Source: an uncultured Lachnospiraceae bacterium (GTDB lineage Bacteria; Bacillota; Clostridia; Lachnospirales; Lachnospiraceae). From it: DNA of 64,000 nucleotides. Where the stretch lies: the NCBI GenBank assembly GCA_910583615.1, contig CAJTXP010000006.1, positions 31,375 to 95,374 on the forward strand, in the 5' to 3' direction. The position numbers were made by a program, and so were the translations under genes. Position 1 is the stretch's first letter. Each line of letters starts with the position of its first letter. Below, piece by piece: positions 18,128-27,479 of the stretch. The notes under the pieces were generated by a model. The model was given only the letters and a program-made list of their open reading frames with translations. It had not been told where the DNA came from and ran no database searches.

Positions 18128-20515
18128 ATGAAACAGTCAGTGCTTCGTATATCGGTTCGCAATCTGGTGGAATTTTTACTTCAAAGCGGTGATCTGGACA
18201 ATCGGTACGGCGGGCGCCGGGAGGCGGAGGCAATGCAGGCGGGCAGCAGACTGCACCGGAAGATACAGGGACGCATGGGGGCTGGATATGAAGCTGAAGT
18301 GAGTCTGAAATATCAGGTGGATCTGGGAGGGCAGCGAGTCAGCATAGAAGGACGTGCAGACGGTATATGGAATAACGAAGGAATGGTGACAATTGATGAA
18401 ATCAAAGGAACTTACAGGGATATTTCCCTGATGAAAGAAGCAGTTCCGGTTCATCTGGCTCAGGCCATGTGCTATGCGTGGATCCATGCAGAGCAGAATC
18501 ATCTGAAGACGGTATGTATCCGGATCGTCTATGCGAACCTGGACACGGAAGAGACGCGGTATTTTACGGCGGATTACAGCTTCGGGGAACTTTCAGAGTG
18601 GTTTTCCAACCTGATGAAAGAGTATGAAAAATGGGTGGATTTTGAATATCAATGGAAAGAAAAAAGGGAGAAGTCTCTTCAAAGGCTTTCTTTTCCGTAT
18701 GAATACCGGGCAGGGCAGAAAGAGCTGATCGTAAGCGTGTACCGGACGTTCCTGCGTAAAAAGAGACTCTTTATTCAGGCGCCGACGGGGGTCGGAAAGA
18801 CGTTGGCTGTACTGTTTCCGGCATTGAAAGCAGTGGGTGAGGGGCTCAGTGACAAGATCTTTTATCTCACGGCCCGGACGATTACAAGAACAGTGGCAAA
18901 AGATACGATGGATCTTCTGCGGAAGCAGAAGATCCACGTAAAATCCATTGTTCTTACCGCAAAGGAAAAACTGTGCATCTGTGAAGAAACCGAATGTAAT
19001 CCGGATCACTGCCCTTACGCAAAAGGTCATTTTGACCGCATTAATGAAGCGGTTTTTGATCTGTGGACCTGCGGACCGGATTCTCTGACAAGAGAGGTGA
19101 TCCTTGCCCAGGCTCACAAATACAGAGTCTGTCCATTTGAACTGAATCTGGACCTGGCTTTGTGGGCCGATGTGCTGATCTGCGACTACAATTACATGTT
19201 CGATCCGAATGTTTATTTAAAACGTTTTTTTGGAGAGAATGTAAAAGGAGAATACCTGTTTCTGGTGGATGAAGCGCATAATCTGGTGGAGCGGGGACGG
19301 AGCATGTACAGTGCAAAGCTGGTGAAAGAAGATTTTCTGGAGATCCGGCGTCTGGTTCGGGGAAAATGTGATCCGCTCACACAGGCGCTTGAACGGTGCA
19401 ATCGTCATTTGCTTACTTTGAAAAGAGAATGTGAGGGAGGATTTCAAAGACTTTCACGGGCGGATGGTTTTACGCTGCATTTGATGCATCTGGTTTCAGA
19501 AATGGAAAAATTTTTTGAAAGGCCCATCCAGGACGAACTGAGGAAAAAGGTCACGGATTTTTATTTTGAAGTCAGGAATTTTATAAGCATCAGTGAACGG
19601 GCAGATGAAAATTATGAAATTTATACAGAACTGGATGGAGAAGGAAAGTTCCAGTTTCATCTGAGCTGTATCCGTCCGGCGGTCAATCTGCGCCTGTGCA
19701 TGGACAAAGGGGTGAGCACGGTTCTTTTTTCAGCTACCCTGCTGCCTGTGAATTATTATAAGGATCTTTTGACAGGAGATCTGGAGGATTATGCAGTTTA
19801 TGCGCGTTCTCCCTTTGATGCAGAAAAGCGCCTGCTGCTGGTGGGAATGGATGTGAGCAGCCGTTATACAAGAAGAGGTGAGGACGAATACCGAAGAATG
19901 GCAGAGTATATATGCCGGACCGCACAGAGCCATAAAGGAAATTACCTGGTGTTCTTTCCCTCCTACCGGATGCTGGAAGAAGTATATGAAAGGTGCCCTG
20001 CACAGGCGGAGGTACTGTACGTCCGTCAGGATTCGGGTATGGATGAGGAAGAGCGAGAACAGTTTTTGAGACAGTTTGAAGAGGATCGCAGAGAAAGCCT
20101 GGTGGCTTTCTGCGTTATGGGAGGGATTTTTTCTGAAGGAATTGATCTGACCGGAGACCGGCTGATCGGCGTGCTGGTGATCGGAACAGGACTTCCGATG
20201 GTTTGCCGGGAACGGGAGATTGTGAAAAATTATTTTGACAGGAAGGGAATGGACGGTTTTGCCTATGCCTATCAGTATCCAGGTATGAATAAAGTATTGC
20301 AGGCGGCGGGGCGCGTGATCCGGACAGATGAGGACCAGGGGGTGATTCTGCTTCTGGATGAGCGGTTCCGGTCCCCCGCCTGTCAGAAGCTGTTTCCAAA
20401 AGAATGGGAACGGCCTGTAAACTGCCGTATTGATTCACTGCCTGGATATCTGCAGGAATTCTGGGCCAGACAAAAGAAATGCGATTCCGGATCGGTCAGC
20501 AGAAACAGTTCATAA
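18128..20515 (+). CDS. DinG/XPD-family Fe-S DNA helicase with N-terminal PD-(D/E)XK-like nuclease domain
   Basis: GRADG...IDEIK nuclease motif; QAPTGVGKT; Fe-S Cys cluster; DEAH; SEGID; QAAGRVIR. Confidence 0.9.
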   Translation: MKQSVLRISVRNLVEFLLQSGDLDNRYGGRREAEAMQAGSRLHRKIQGRMGAGYEAEVSLKYQVDLGGQRVSIEGRADGIWNNEGMVTIDEIKGTYRDISLMKEAVPVHLAQAMCYAWIHAEQNHLKTVCIRIVYANLDTEETRYFTADYSFGELSEWFSNLMKEYEKWVDFEYQWKEKREKSLQRLSFPYEYRAGQKELIVSVYRTFLRKKRLFIQAPTGVGKTLAVLFPALKAVGEGLSDKIFYLTARTITRTVAKDTMDLLRKQKIHVKSIVLTAKEKLCICEETECNPDHCPYAKGHFDRINEAVFDLWTCGPDSLTREVILAQAHKYRVCPFELNLDLALWADVLICDYNYMFDPNVYLKRFFGENVKGEYLFLVDEAHNLVERGRSMYSAKLVKEDFLEIRRLVRGKCDPLTQALERCNRHLLTLKRECEGGFQRLSRADGFTLHLMHLVSEMEKFFERPIQDELRKKVTDFYFEVRNFISISERADENYEIYTELDGEGKFQFHLSCIRPAVNLRLCMDKGVSTVLFSATLLPVNYYKDLLTGDLEDYAVYARSPFDAEKRLLLVGMDVSSRYTRRGEDEYRRMAEYICRTAQSHKGNYLVFFPSYRMLEEVYERCPAQAEVLYVRQDSGMDEEEREQFLRQFEEDRRESLVAFCVMGGIFSEGIDLTGDRLIGVLVIGTGLPMVCREREIVKNYFDRKGMDGFAYAYQYPGMNKVLQAAGRVIRTDEDQGVILLLDERFRSPACQKLFPKEWERPVNCRIDSLPGYLQEFWARQKKCDSGSVSRNSS

Positions 20516-21377
20516 ACTGCAGGACCGCATTACTGACAGGAATCCGTTCGCTGTGAACGATGGCAAGTTTTCGGGATGGAAGTTCCGATTTGAGTGCAAT
20601 GGGAAACAGTTCCTGAAGTCTCTGCGATAAACAGAAATCAGGAACAAAGGCAATCCCCAGTCCGATACTGGCAAGATCCAGAAGAAGGTCATTGGAACCA
20701 AGTTCGATTTCCGGAACCAGATCCAGCTGGTGCTGCTGAAACATGGAATGGAGGAATTCGCTGGTAGTGCTTTTCCGGTCAAGCATCAGGATCGGATAAT
20801 CCAGAAGTTCCTGAAAGGACAGGACCTGGTGTTCCAGTTCTCCATAATATTTTCGGCTGGCGATAAAGAGGTCATGGAACTCTGCAAGAAAGCGGATGTG
20901 AAAACTGTGGTCCAGCCGGGAATTCGGGTAGTTGGTAAAGATCAGATCCACGGAACCGTTTTCCAGCAGATCGACGCATTTCACTGATGTCTGATTGGTC
21001 ACTTTAATATGAATATTCGGATATTCTTTGTGAAAACGGTTCAGATAGGGAACAAGAAAATACCGACAGATGGTATCACTGGCTCCAATGCGGATCTGAC
21101 CGCCGTTCATTGTACTGGCCTCCAGGATCTGCGCTTCTCCGCGCCGGATCAGGTTTATGGCAGGTTCCACATGGCGGAGCAGGATCTCACCTTCTGGTGT
21201 GAGCTGCACTTTCTTGGTACTGCGGATGAACAGAGTCTGATTCAGCTTTTTTTCCAGTGCCTTGATGGACTGGCTGACTGCAGACTGTGAGATGTAAAGC
21301 TTTCTGGAAGCCTCTGAAAAGCTCAGGGAAACAGCAACGTAGTAGAATACTTTATACAGTTCGTAACTAATATCCAT
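20496..21377 (-). CDS. LysR family transcriptional regulator
   Basis: SFSEASRKLYISQSAVSQSIKALE HTH; LTPEG; substrate-binding C-terminus. Confidence 0.95.
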   Translation of the reverse strand: MDISYELYKVFYYVAVSLSFSEASRKLYISQSAVSQSIKALEKKLNQTLFIRSTKKVQLTPEGEILLRHVEPAINLIRRGEAQILEASTMNGGQIRIGASDTICRYFLVPYLNRFHKEYPNIHIKVTNQTSVKCVDLLENGSVDLIFTNYPNSRLDHSFHIRFLAEFHDLFIASRKYYGELEHQVLSFQELLDYPILMLDRKSTTSEFLHSMFQQHQLDLVPEIELGSNDLLLDLASIGLGIAFVPDFCLSQRLQELFPIALKSELPSRKLAIVHSERIPVSNAVLQFMNCFC

Positions 21378-21437
21378 AACAGGGATGCTCCTTTCCTGCG
21401 CAGAATGATCGGACCGTGGCTTTGCGAAGAGTGGCGG

Positions 21438-21710
21438 TCAGAAGAAAAAGTATACGGCAATGCCGGCCTGCAGGATCAGGATCAGCGGCATGCCAATGAC
21501 AAAATACCAGTGTCTTGTCTTGTGCCGGAAGGCATACATTCCGGCCAGCGTTCCCACAGAGCCTCCGAGAAGAGCTGTGAAAAAAAGGGTTTTTTCAGAA
21601 ATCCTCCACATGTGTCTTCGGGCTCTTCGCTTGTCAATACCCATGATGAGAAATCCGGTCAGGTTTAAAAGAAGCAGATAAAGAAGTAAAGCTGTTGATA
21701 ATGTAGTCAT
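21438..21710 (-). CDS. DUF1294 family small membrane protein
   Basis: GIDKRRA...WRISEKTL...GGSVG...FRHKT. Confidence 0.9.
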   Translation of the reverse strand: MTTLSTALLLYLLLLNLTGFLIMGIDKRRARRHMWRISEKTLFFTALLGGSVGTLAGMYAFRHKTRHWYFVIGMPLILILQAGIAVYFFF

Positions 21711-21962
21711 GACGTGTTTCCTCGTGCAGCTTGTGCATCTGCATGTTCAGCAGAAGATGTCGGTGTCTGTTGTAAATCTTCTCTATCATAACAGAAACAG
21801 TGCAGAATGGGAAGAAATTTTAGAACAGTAACTGTTTAAAAATAATTGTTTTGGGAAAGGCTGAAAAAAGGTTGAAAAATATAAATAACCATGTTAAAGT
21901 GATGTTTGTGAAAAAACAGATGTCTTTGAGAGAAAAACATATGACGATGACAGGAGGAACTT

Positions 21963-23204
21963 ATGTATTCATTGGATGAAGTAAAAGCAGTAGATCCAGA
22001 GGTTGCGGCTGCCATTACGGAAGAGATGGCAAGACAGAACAGTCATATCGAGTTGATCGCATCGGAAAACTGGGTAAGTAAAGCAGTAATGGCTGCAATG
22101 GGCAGTCCGTTGACAAATAAGTATGCGGAAGGGTATTCGGGAAAAAGATATTACGGCGGCTGTGAGTGCGTTGATGTAGTGGAGGATCTTGCCATTGCAA
22201 GGGCCAAAGAAGTATTTGGCTGTGAATATGTGAATGTGCAGCCTCATTCAGGCGCGCAGGCGAATATGGCAGTCTTTTTTGCCATGCTGGAGCCAGGAGA
22301 CAGGGTGCTTGGCATGAACCTGGCGCATGGAGGCCACCTGTCCCATGGAAGCCCTGCAAATATGTCCGGAAAATATTTTGAAGTGCATCAGTATGGTGTG
22401 AATGATGAAGGATTTATTGATTATGACGAGGTGCGCCGTATTGCCCTGGAGTGCCGTCCCAAACTGATCGTGGCAGGCGCCAGCGCCTATGCAAGGACGA
22501 TTGATTTTAAAAAGTTCCGTGAGATCGCGGATGAAGCGGGCGCTTATCTGATGGTCGATATTGCGCATATCGCCGGCCTTGTGGCGGCGGGCGTGCATCC
22601 GAGCCCGATTCCTTATGCGCATGTAACGACAACTACCACTCACAAGACGCTGCGCGGTCCCAGAGGCGGTATGATCATGTCTGATGCGCAGACGGCAGCA
22701 ACATTTAATTTTAACAAAGCAGTGTTCCCGGGTATTCAGGGAGGTCCGTTGATGCATGTGATAGCGGCAAAGGCAGTTTGTTTAAAAGAATGTCAGACAG
22801 AAGCTTATAAGGTGTATCAGCAGAATATCGTGAAAAATGCCAAAGCGCTCTGCAGAGGTCTTATGGATCGCGGAATCAGGATTGTATCCGGCGGAACGGA
22901 TAATCACCTGATGCTCATGGATCTGACGAATCTCAATATCTCCGGAAAAGATGCAGAGAACCTTCTGGACCTTGCCAATATTACAGCAAATAAGAACACG
23001 ATCCCGAACGATCCCCGCTCTGCATTTGTAACCAGCGGCGTCCGCCTTGGTACGGCAGCTGTGACCAGCAGAGGATTAAAGGAAGCGGATATGGATACGA
23101 TTGCAGATGCGATCGCCATGATGTTAAAAGAGGGAGCGTCTGCAGCCCTGAAGGCGAAAGCGCTGATCCAGGGACTGACAGAGAAATATCCGCTCTGTAT
23201 GTAA
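21963..23204 (+). CDS. glyA: Serine hydroxymethyltransferase
   Basis: [47 protein letters not shown]. Confidence 0.98.
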   Translation: MYSLDEVKAVDPEVAAAITEEMARQNSHIELIASENWVSKAVMAAMGSPLTNKYAEGYSGKRYYGGCECVDVVEDLAIARAKEVFGCEYVNVQPHSGAQANMAVFFAMLEPGDRVLGMNLAHGGHLSHGSPANMSGKYFEVHQYGVNDEGFIDYDEVRRIALECRPKLIVAGASAYARTIDFKKFREIADEAGAYLMVDIAHIAGLVAAGVHPSPIPYAHVTTTTTHKTLRGPRGGMIMSDAQTAATFNFNKAVFPGIQGGPLMHVIAAKAVCLKECQTEAYKVYQQNIVKNAKALCRGLMDRGIRIVSGGTDNHLMLMDLTNLNISGKDAENLLDLANITANKNTIPNDPRSAFVTSGVRLGTAAVTSRGLKEADMDTIADAIAMMLKEGASAALKAKALIQGLTEKYPLCM

Positions 23205-23368
23205 GAGGCTCCATGAAGGCCGGAGATCGCCTGCCTCCATGCGAGACGAAACGCCTGTCAGGGGCTGTTGATCCTTCTGGGAACATCAGCCCATGGCGGA
23301 TGAAATAACAGCGTCGTTTGAACAATGACCTGGGCGTGCAGGGTCCGGGAAAAAGAAAGGCATCCAGG

Positions 23369-23575
23369 ATGGGAGAGATCATAGAAGTATTCATCAGCGG
23401 GTTTTGCCGGAGCAGCAATGAGACAAGGACGGTGGCCTGTGAATATGAGCGCCGGGAAGACGGGACTCTGAAGCTGACGGAGTTTGACTGTAATCATGAA
23501 AAATGTCCCAACAGTGCGGCATGCCTGATCTATAAAGAAGCCGTAGAACGGGAAAATCAAAAGGCAAATGCATAG
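23369..23575 (+). CDS. Small Cys-rich hypothetical protein
   Basis: 68 aa from ATG 23369; GFC...CEY...DC...C...C pattern. Confidence 0.55.
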   Translation: MGEIIEVFISGFCRSSNETRTVACEYERREDGTLKLTEFDCNHEKCPNSAACLIYKEAVERENQKANA

Positions 23576-23607
23576 ATACTGAGAGAATTAAAGAGAAGGA
23601 AATACAG

Positions 23608-24042
23608 ATGAAAAACTTTTTTAGTGAATTTAAGAAATTTATTTCCAGAGGAAATGTAATGGATATGGCAGTCGGTGTGATTATTGGCGGTGCATTTACG
23701 GCGATCGTGAATTCACTGGTCAATGATATTTTTATGCCGATGCTTTCGCTTGTGACCGGCGGACTCGATATTGCAGGAATGTCTGTTTCTTTTGGAATAG
23801 GAGAAAACGCAGCGGAACTGAAATATGGTTCTTTTCTATCGGCGGTTATTAATTTCCTGCTGATCGCGCTTGTGGTTTTCTGCATCATCAAACTGTTGAA
23901 TGCGGCAAAGGACAAAGTAGTTAAAAAACCTGAAGAAGCGCCGGTAGTGCCGACTACAAAGATCTGTCCTTACTGTATGTCGAAGATCAATATCAAAGCG
24001 ACCAGATGTCCCCATTGTACCTCAGAGCTTGCGGACGCATAA
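23608..24042 (+). CDS. mscL: Large-conductance mechanosensitive channel with C-terminal Zn-ribbon
   Basis: EFKKFISRGNVMDMAVGVIIGGAF, YGSFLSAVINF; tail CPYC...CPHC. Confidence 0.95.
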   Translation: MKNFFSEFKKFISRGNVMDMAVGVIIGGAFTAIVNSLVNDIFMPMLSLVTGGLDIAGMSVSFGIGENAAELKYGSFLSAVINFLLIALVVFCIIKLLNAAKDKVVKKPEEAPVVPTTKICPYCMSKINIKATRCPHCTSELADA

Positions 24043-24084
24043 AAGTTCCCGTGCAGGTTATGACGTTGTATATACACAGGTTTT

Positions 24085-24645
24085 TTATAGAAGTTTCCGG
24101 ATCAATATGGGAATCGGAGGATGGTTGGGTCTGTTGTAATAAGAAGAGAGGATGACCAGATAACGTCTGGGATCCAGTGATCTTAAAAAGGGGAGAAGTG
24201 TATTGCGCTCTTCAAAGCCGGTATCCCCTCCGCTGTAGATGCACAGACTCATGAGTCCGTTCTTTTTCAAAAGCGCAAGTCCCTGTCGTACTGCTTCAAG
24301 ACTGGTATCCGGTTTTGTGGCAAGCATATGATCTGTCCCGGGCAGATATCCAAGATTGAATACAATGCAGCCTGCGCTGCCGGCATCTGCATAGTGTAAC
24401 ATATGGCTGTGGGAATCCAGAATGAGCCGGTAATTGTCCGGAACTCCTGATTCCAACAGTCTTTTTTTCGTATTCTGAAGCGCTTTTTCCTGAATGTCGA
24501 AAGCAAGTACTTTTCCATGTTCTCCTGCCAGTCGGCAGAGCAGTTCCGTATCATGTCCATTCCCCATGGTTGCGTCAATACACAGGTCGCCGGGGTTCAC
24601 CTGCTGCTGTATAAAATGGCGGCACCAGTCTGTAATCTGATACAT
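24085..24645 (-). CDS. Class I SAM-dependent methyltransferase (YtqB/MnmM-like)
   Basis: DATMGNGHDT, AFDIQ, FNLGYLPG; true start at 24645 after GGGAGG (the longer track ORF runs into the repeat). Confidence 0.85.
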   Translation of the reverse strand: MYQITDWCRHFIQQQVNPGDLCIDATMGNGHDTELLCRLAGEHGKVLAFDIQEKALQNTKKRLLESGVPDNYRLILDSHSHMLHYADAGSAGCIVFNLGYLPGTDHMLATKPDTSLEAVRQGLALLKKNGLMSLCIYSGGDTGFEERNTLLPFLRSLDPRRYLVILSSYYNRPNHPPIPILIRKLL

Positions 24646-24693
24646 GTTATTTCCTCCCTGTCCGTACCAGGCGGCGTGGTCTGTGTTTATATT

Positions 24694-24914
24694 GTTACGG
24701 TTCGCGGGTGCGTGGTGGTCTGCGCCCCGGGTCTCTGTGCTCTGCGCTCGTATGGAGTGTATCGGACACCGAATCCGTTTTCTCCGTCTCATTCGGACAG
24801 GTGCCGGTTCGCATGAGACGGACAAAACGGCTCCGCTGTCCGCTCCAGTCCACACAGCGCTGCAGAGCACAGAGGCCCGGGGCGCAGACCACCGTCCACC
24901 CCGTGAACCGTAAC
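24694..24914. mobile_element. MITE-like palindromic element, copy 4 (221 bp)
   Basis: TIRs GTTACGGTTCGCGGG / CCCGTGAACCGTAAC; perfect 8-bp direct repeat TTTATATT at 24686-24693 and 24915-24922. Confidence 0.92.
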
Positions 24915-25027
24915 TTTATATTAACACAGATCAGCCGGGAAAGAAACCTCTGCTTGCATTGTACATTAAAATTTCCTATAATATAAATATGAAAAATAGG
25001 GTATATGGACAGGAAAGGAGTGAATCT

Positions 25028-26233
25028 ATGGGATTAAATGATACACCGGCATCGAACCGTGTACATATTGGTTTTTTCGGAAGGAGGAATGCGGGGAAAT
25101 CAAGTATCGTGAATGCAGTAACCGGACAGGATCTGGCAGTGGTCTCGGATACAAAGGGAACGACGACGGACCCGGTATTAAAATCCATGGAACTGCTTCC
25201 TCTGGGACCGGTAGTCATGATTGATACGCCGGGATATGATGATGAGGGCAGCCTTGGCAGTCTCCGGGTGAAGAAGACCAGACAGGTATTGAACAAGACG
25301 GATATTGCAGTTCTTGTGACGGATGTGCAGGAGGGAATCGGACCCTGCGAAGAAGAGCTGTTATCCCTGTTCCGGGAAAAGGAGATTCCTTATCTGCTTG
25401 TCTGCAATAAGTCGGATCTTCTGGAAACACGTCCGGAAAATAGTGAGGAAAAACTCTATGTCAGTGCGAAAAAAGGTGAGGGAATCCATGAACTGAAAGA
25501 ACGCCTCGGTGCGCTTGCACCGAAAGAAGGAGCGGTACGTCTGGTTGCCGACCTGATTGCTCCTGGTGATTTTGTAGTGCTGGTAACTCCGATCGATTCT
25601 GCTGCGCCTAAAGGGCGTATGATCCTGCCGCAGCAGCAGGCGATCCGGGATGTAATTGATGCGGGAGCAGCGGCAGTGGTGATAAAGGAATCAGAACTGA
25701 AAGAAACGCTGGCGCTTCTTGGGAAAACGCCTTCTCTTGTAGTTACGGACAGTCAGGCATTTGGGAGGGTGTCAAAAGAGACTCCCGCGCATGTTCCTCT
25801 GACTTCCTTTTCCATCCTGATGGCGCGCTGTAAAGGAATACTGGATTATACGGTGCCGGGTGCTGCGGCTATTGACCGTCTTCAGGATCGGGATCGGGTT
25901 CTGATTGCAGAAGGCTGTACGCATCACAGACAATGCGAGGATATTGGGACTGTGAAACTGCCCCGATGGCTGCGGGAATATACAAAAAAAGAGCTTTCTT
26001 TCACATTTTGTTCCGGTACGGAATTTCCGGATGATCTGTCCCCGTACGCCATGGTACTGCACTGCGGAGGATGCATGCTGAATGAAAGAGAGGTTCGCTA
26101 TCGGATGAAGTGCGCTTTAGACCAGGGAGTACCCATGACAAATTACGGGGTGGCGATTGCACATATCCATGGGATCCTGAAACGAAGCATTTCCATGTTT
26201 CCGCATCTGCTGGCGGAATTCTCCGGGGAATAG
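25028..26233 (+). CDS. hydF: [FeFe]-hydrogenase H-cluster maturation GTPase
   Basis: GRRNAGKSS, GTTTDPV, DTPG, NKSD, APKGRMILPQ, EGCTHH, HCGGCM. Confidence 0.95.
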   Translation: MGLNDTPASNRVHIGFFGRRNAGKSSIVNAVTGQDLAVVSDTKGTTTDPVLKSMELLPLGPVVMIDTPGYDDEGSLGSLRVKKTRQVLNKTDIAVLVTDVQEGIGPCEEELLSLFREKEIPYLLVCNKSDLLETRPENSEEKLYVSAKKGEGIHELKERLGALAPKEGAVRLVADLIAPGDFVVLVTPIDSAAPKGRMILPQQQAIRDVIDAGAAAVVIKESELKETLALLGKTPSLVVTDSQAFGRVSKETPAHVPLTSFSILMARCKGILDYTVPGAAAIDRLQDRDRVLIAEGCTHHRQCEDIGTVKLPRWLREYTKKELSFTFCSGTEFPDDLSPYAMVLHCGGCMLNEREVRYRMKCALDQGVPMTNYGVAIAHIHGILKRSISMFPHLLAEFSGE

Positions 26234-26242
26234 AGGAGGCGG

Positions 26243-26680
26243 ATGATGAAGATTTCTACAAGGGGACGTTATGCTCTTCGAATCATGCTGGACCTTGCGC
26301 TGGCAGATCCGGGCATTCCGGTGCGCGTGAAAGATATTGCCGGCCGCCAGGAGATCTCTGAAAAATATATGGAGCAGATTATATCCGTCTTGAATAAGGC
26401 AGGATTTGTCCGCAGTGTCCGTGGTCCCCAGGGAGGATATTTTTTGACGAGAAATCCGGCGGAGTATACGGTTGGGATGATTCTGCGTCTGACGGAGGGA
26501 AGCCTGGCTCTTGTGGACTGTCTGGAATATGACAGTCCTGGCTGTTCCAGAAGGGATGGCTGTGCAACGCTCCTGCTCTGGAAAAAGCTGGATGAGGCGG
26601 TTCAGGGAGTCGTGAACACAGTGACGCTCAAGGATCTGGTAAGCTGGAGCAGTGAACACGGACAGGATGATTCTATATAG
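26243..26680 (+). CDS. Rrf2 family regulator (IscR/CymR-like, three Cys)
   Basis: ISTRGRYALR, SEKYMEQI, SVRGPQGGY, C-x6-C-x5-C. Confidence 0.93.
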   Translation: MMKISTRGRYALRIMLDLALADPGIPVRVKDIAGRQEISEKYMEQIISVLNKAGFVRSVRGPQGGYFLTRNPAEYTVGMILRLTEGSLALVDCLEYDSPGCSRRDGCATLLLWKKLDEAVQGVVNTVTLKDLVSWSSEHGQDDSI

Positions 26681-26697
26681 AAGGTGAGAATTGGATT

Positions 26698-27285
26698 ATG
26701 GCAAAAAAGAACCAGAGAAAAACAAAGAGCAGGATCGTATCAGCGGCATGGAAGCTGTTTTATGAACAGGGATATGAAGATACGACCATAGAGGAGATTA
26801 TAGAGGCGTCCGGAACTTCAAAAGGTTCCTTTTACCACTATTTCGAAGGAAAAGATGCGCTTCTGGGATCCCTTGCCTACATGATGGATGAAAAATATGG
26901 GGAACTGGAACCGGATATATCAGAAGATACAGACTGCTATGAAGTGCTTCTGTATCTGAATCACGAGCTGATGATCATGATCGAAGAGTCCATCAACCTG
27001 GATCTTCTCACGGAGCTTTATTCGACTCAGCTGACTACCAGAGGAGAAAAACCTCTTCTGGACCATGATCGTACTTATTATAAACTGCTTCGTCGGATCA
27101 TGGTCCGCGGAAGGGAACGGGGAGAGCTGATCAAGGACTTAAGCGTCAGCGAAATGGTCCGCTATTATGCCATGTGCGAGAGGGCACTGCTTTATGAATG
27201 GTGTCTGCGGAAAGGAGAATATTCCCTTTCGGAAGATGCCGCCAGAAAACTTCCGCTCATGCTCCGAAGCCTGAGGGCGGGATAA
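26698..27285 (+). CDS. TetR/AcrR family regulator
   Basis: LFYEQGYEDTTIEEIIEASGTSKGSFYHYF HTH. Confidence 0.93.
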   Translation: MAKKNQRKTKSRIVSAAWKLFYEQGYEDTTIEEIIEASGTSKGSFYHYFEGKDALLGSLAYMMDEKYGELEPDISEDTDCYEVLLYLNHELMIMIEESINLDLLTELYSTQLTTRGEKPLLDHDRTYYKLLRRIMVRGRERGELIKDLSVSEMVRYYAMCERALLYEWCLRKGEYSLSEDAARKLPLMLRSLRAG

Positions 27286-27341
27286 GCTGCTGTTCACGGG
27301 ATGGGCGGCGGTCTGCGCCCCGGGCCACTGTGAACGGTAAC
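27286..27341. mobile_element. Internally deleted mini-copy of the MITE-like element (copy 5, 56 bp)
   Basis: GCTGCTGTTCACGGG...GGTCTGCGCCCCGGG...TGTGAACGGTAAC; both ends kept, core missing. Confidence 0.75.
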
Positions 27342-27479
27342 GTTTTAGAAACAAGAATGGATTCTATACTTTACTCTGTATTGCGTCCCATTCTGTATTG
27401 TGGTAGAATGCAGAAACAGTGCGTAAAATAAGCGCATGGAAAGAAGAACAATATTTAGAATGAGAGGGAGAATAAAGTT

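Noticed and set aside
18128..20515. Cas4/CasDinG type IV CRISPR component
   Set aside because: No array or other cas genes; the nuclease-DinG fusion is a common stand-alone Firmicutes gene
21711..21962. Riboswitch (ZTP, THF or glycine) upstream of glyA
   Set aside because: AT-rich divergent promoter region with no recognisable aptamer consensus
24646..24870. N-terminal extension of the methyltransferase ORF
   Set aside because: It derives from element copy 4; an RBS-backed ATG at 24645 gives a normal-length protein
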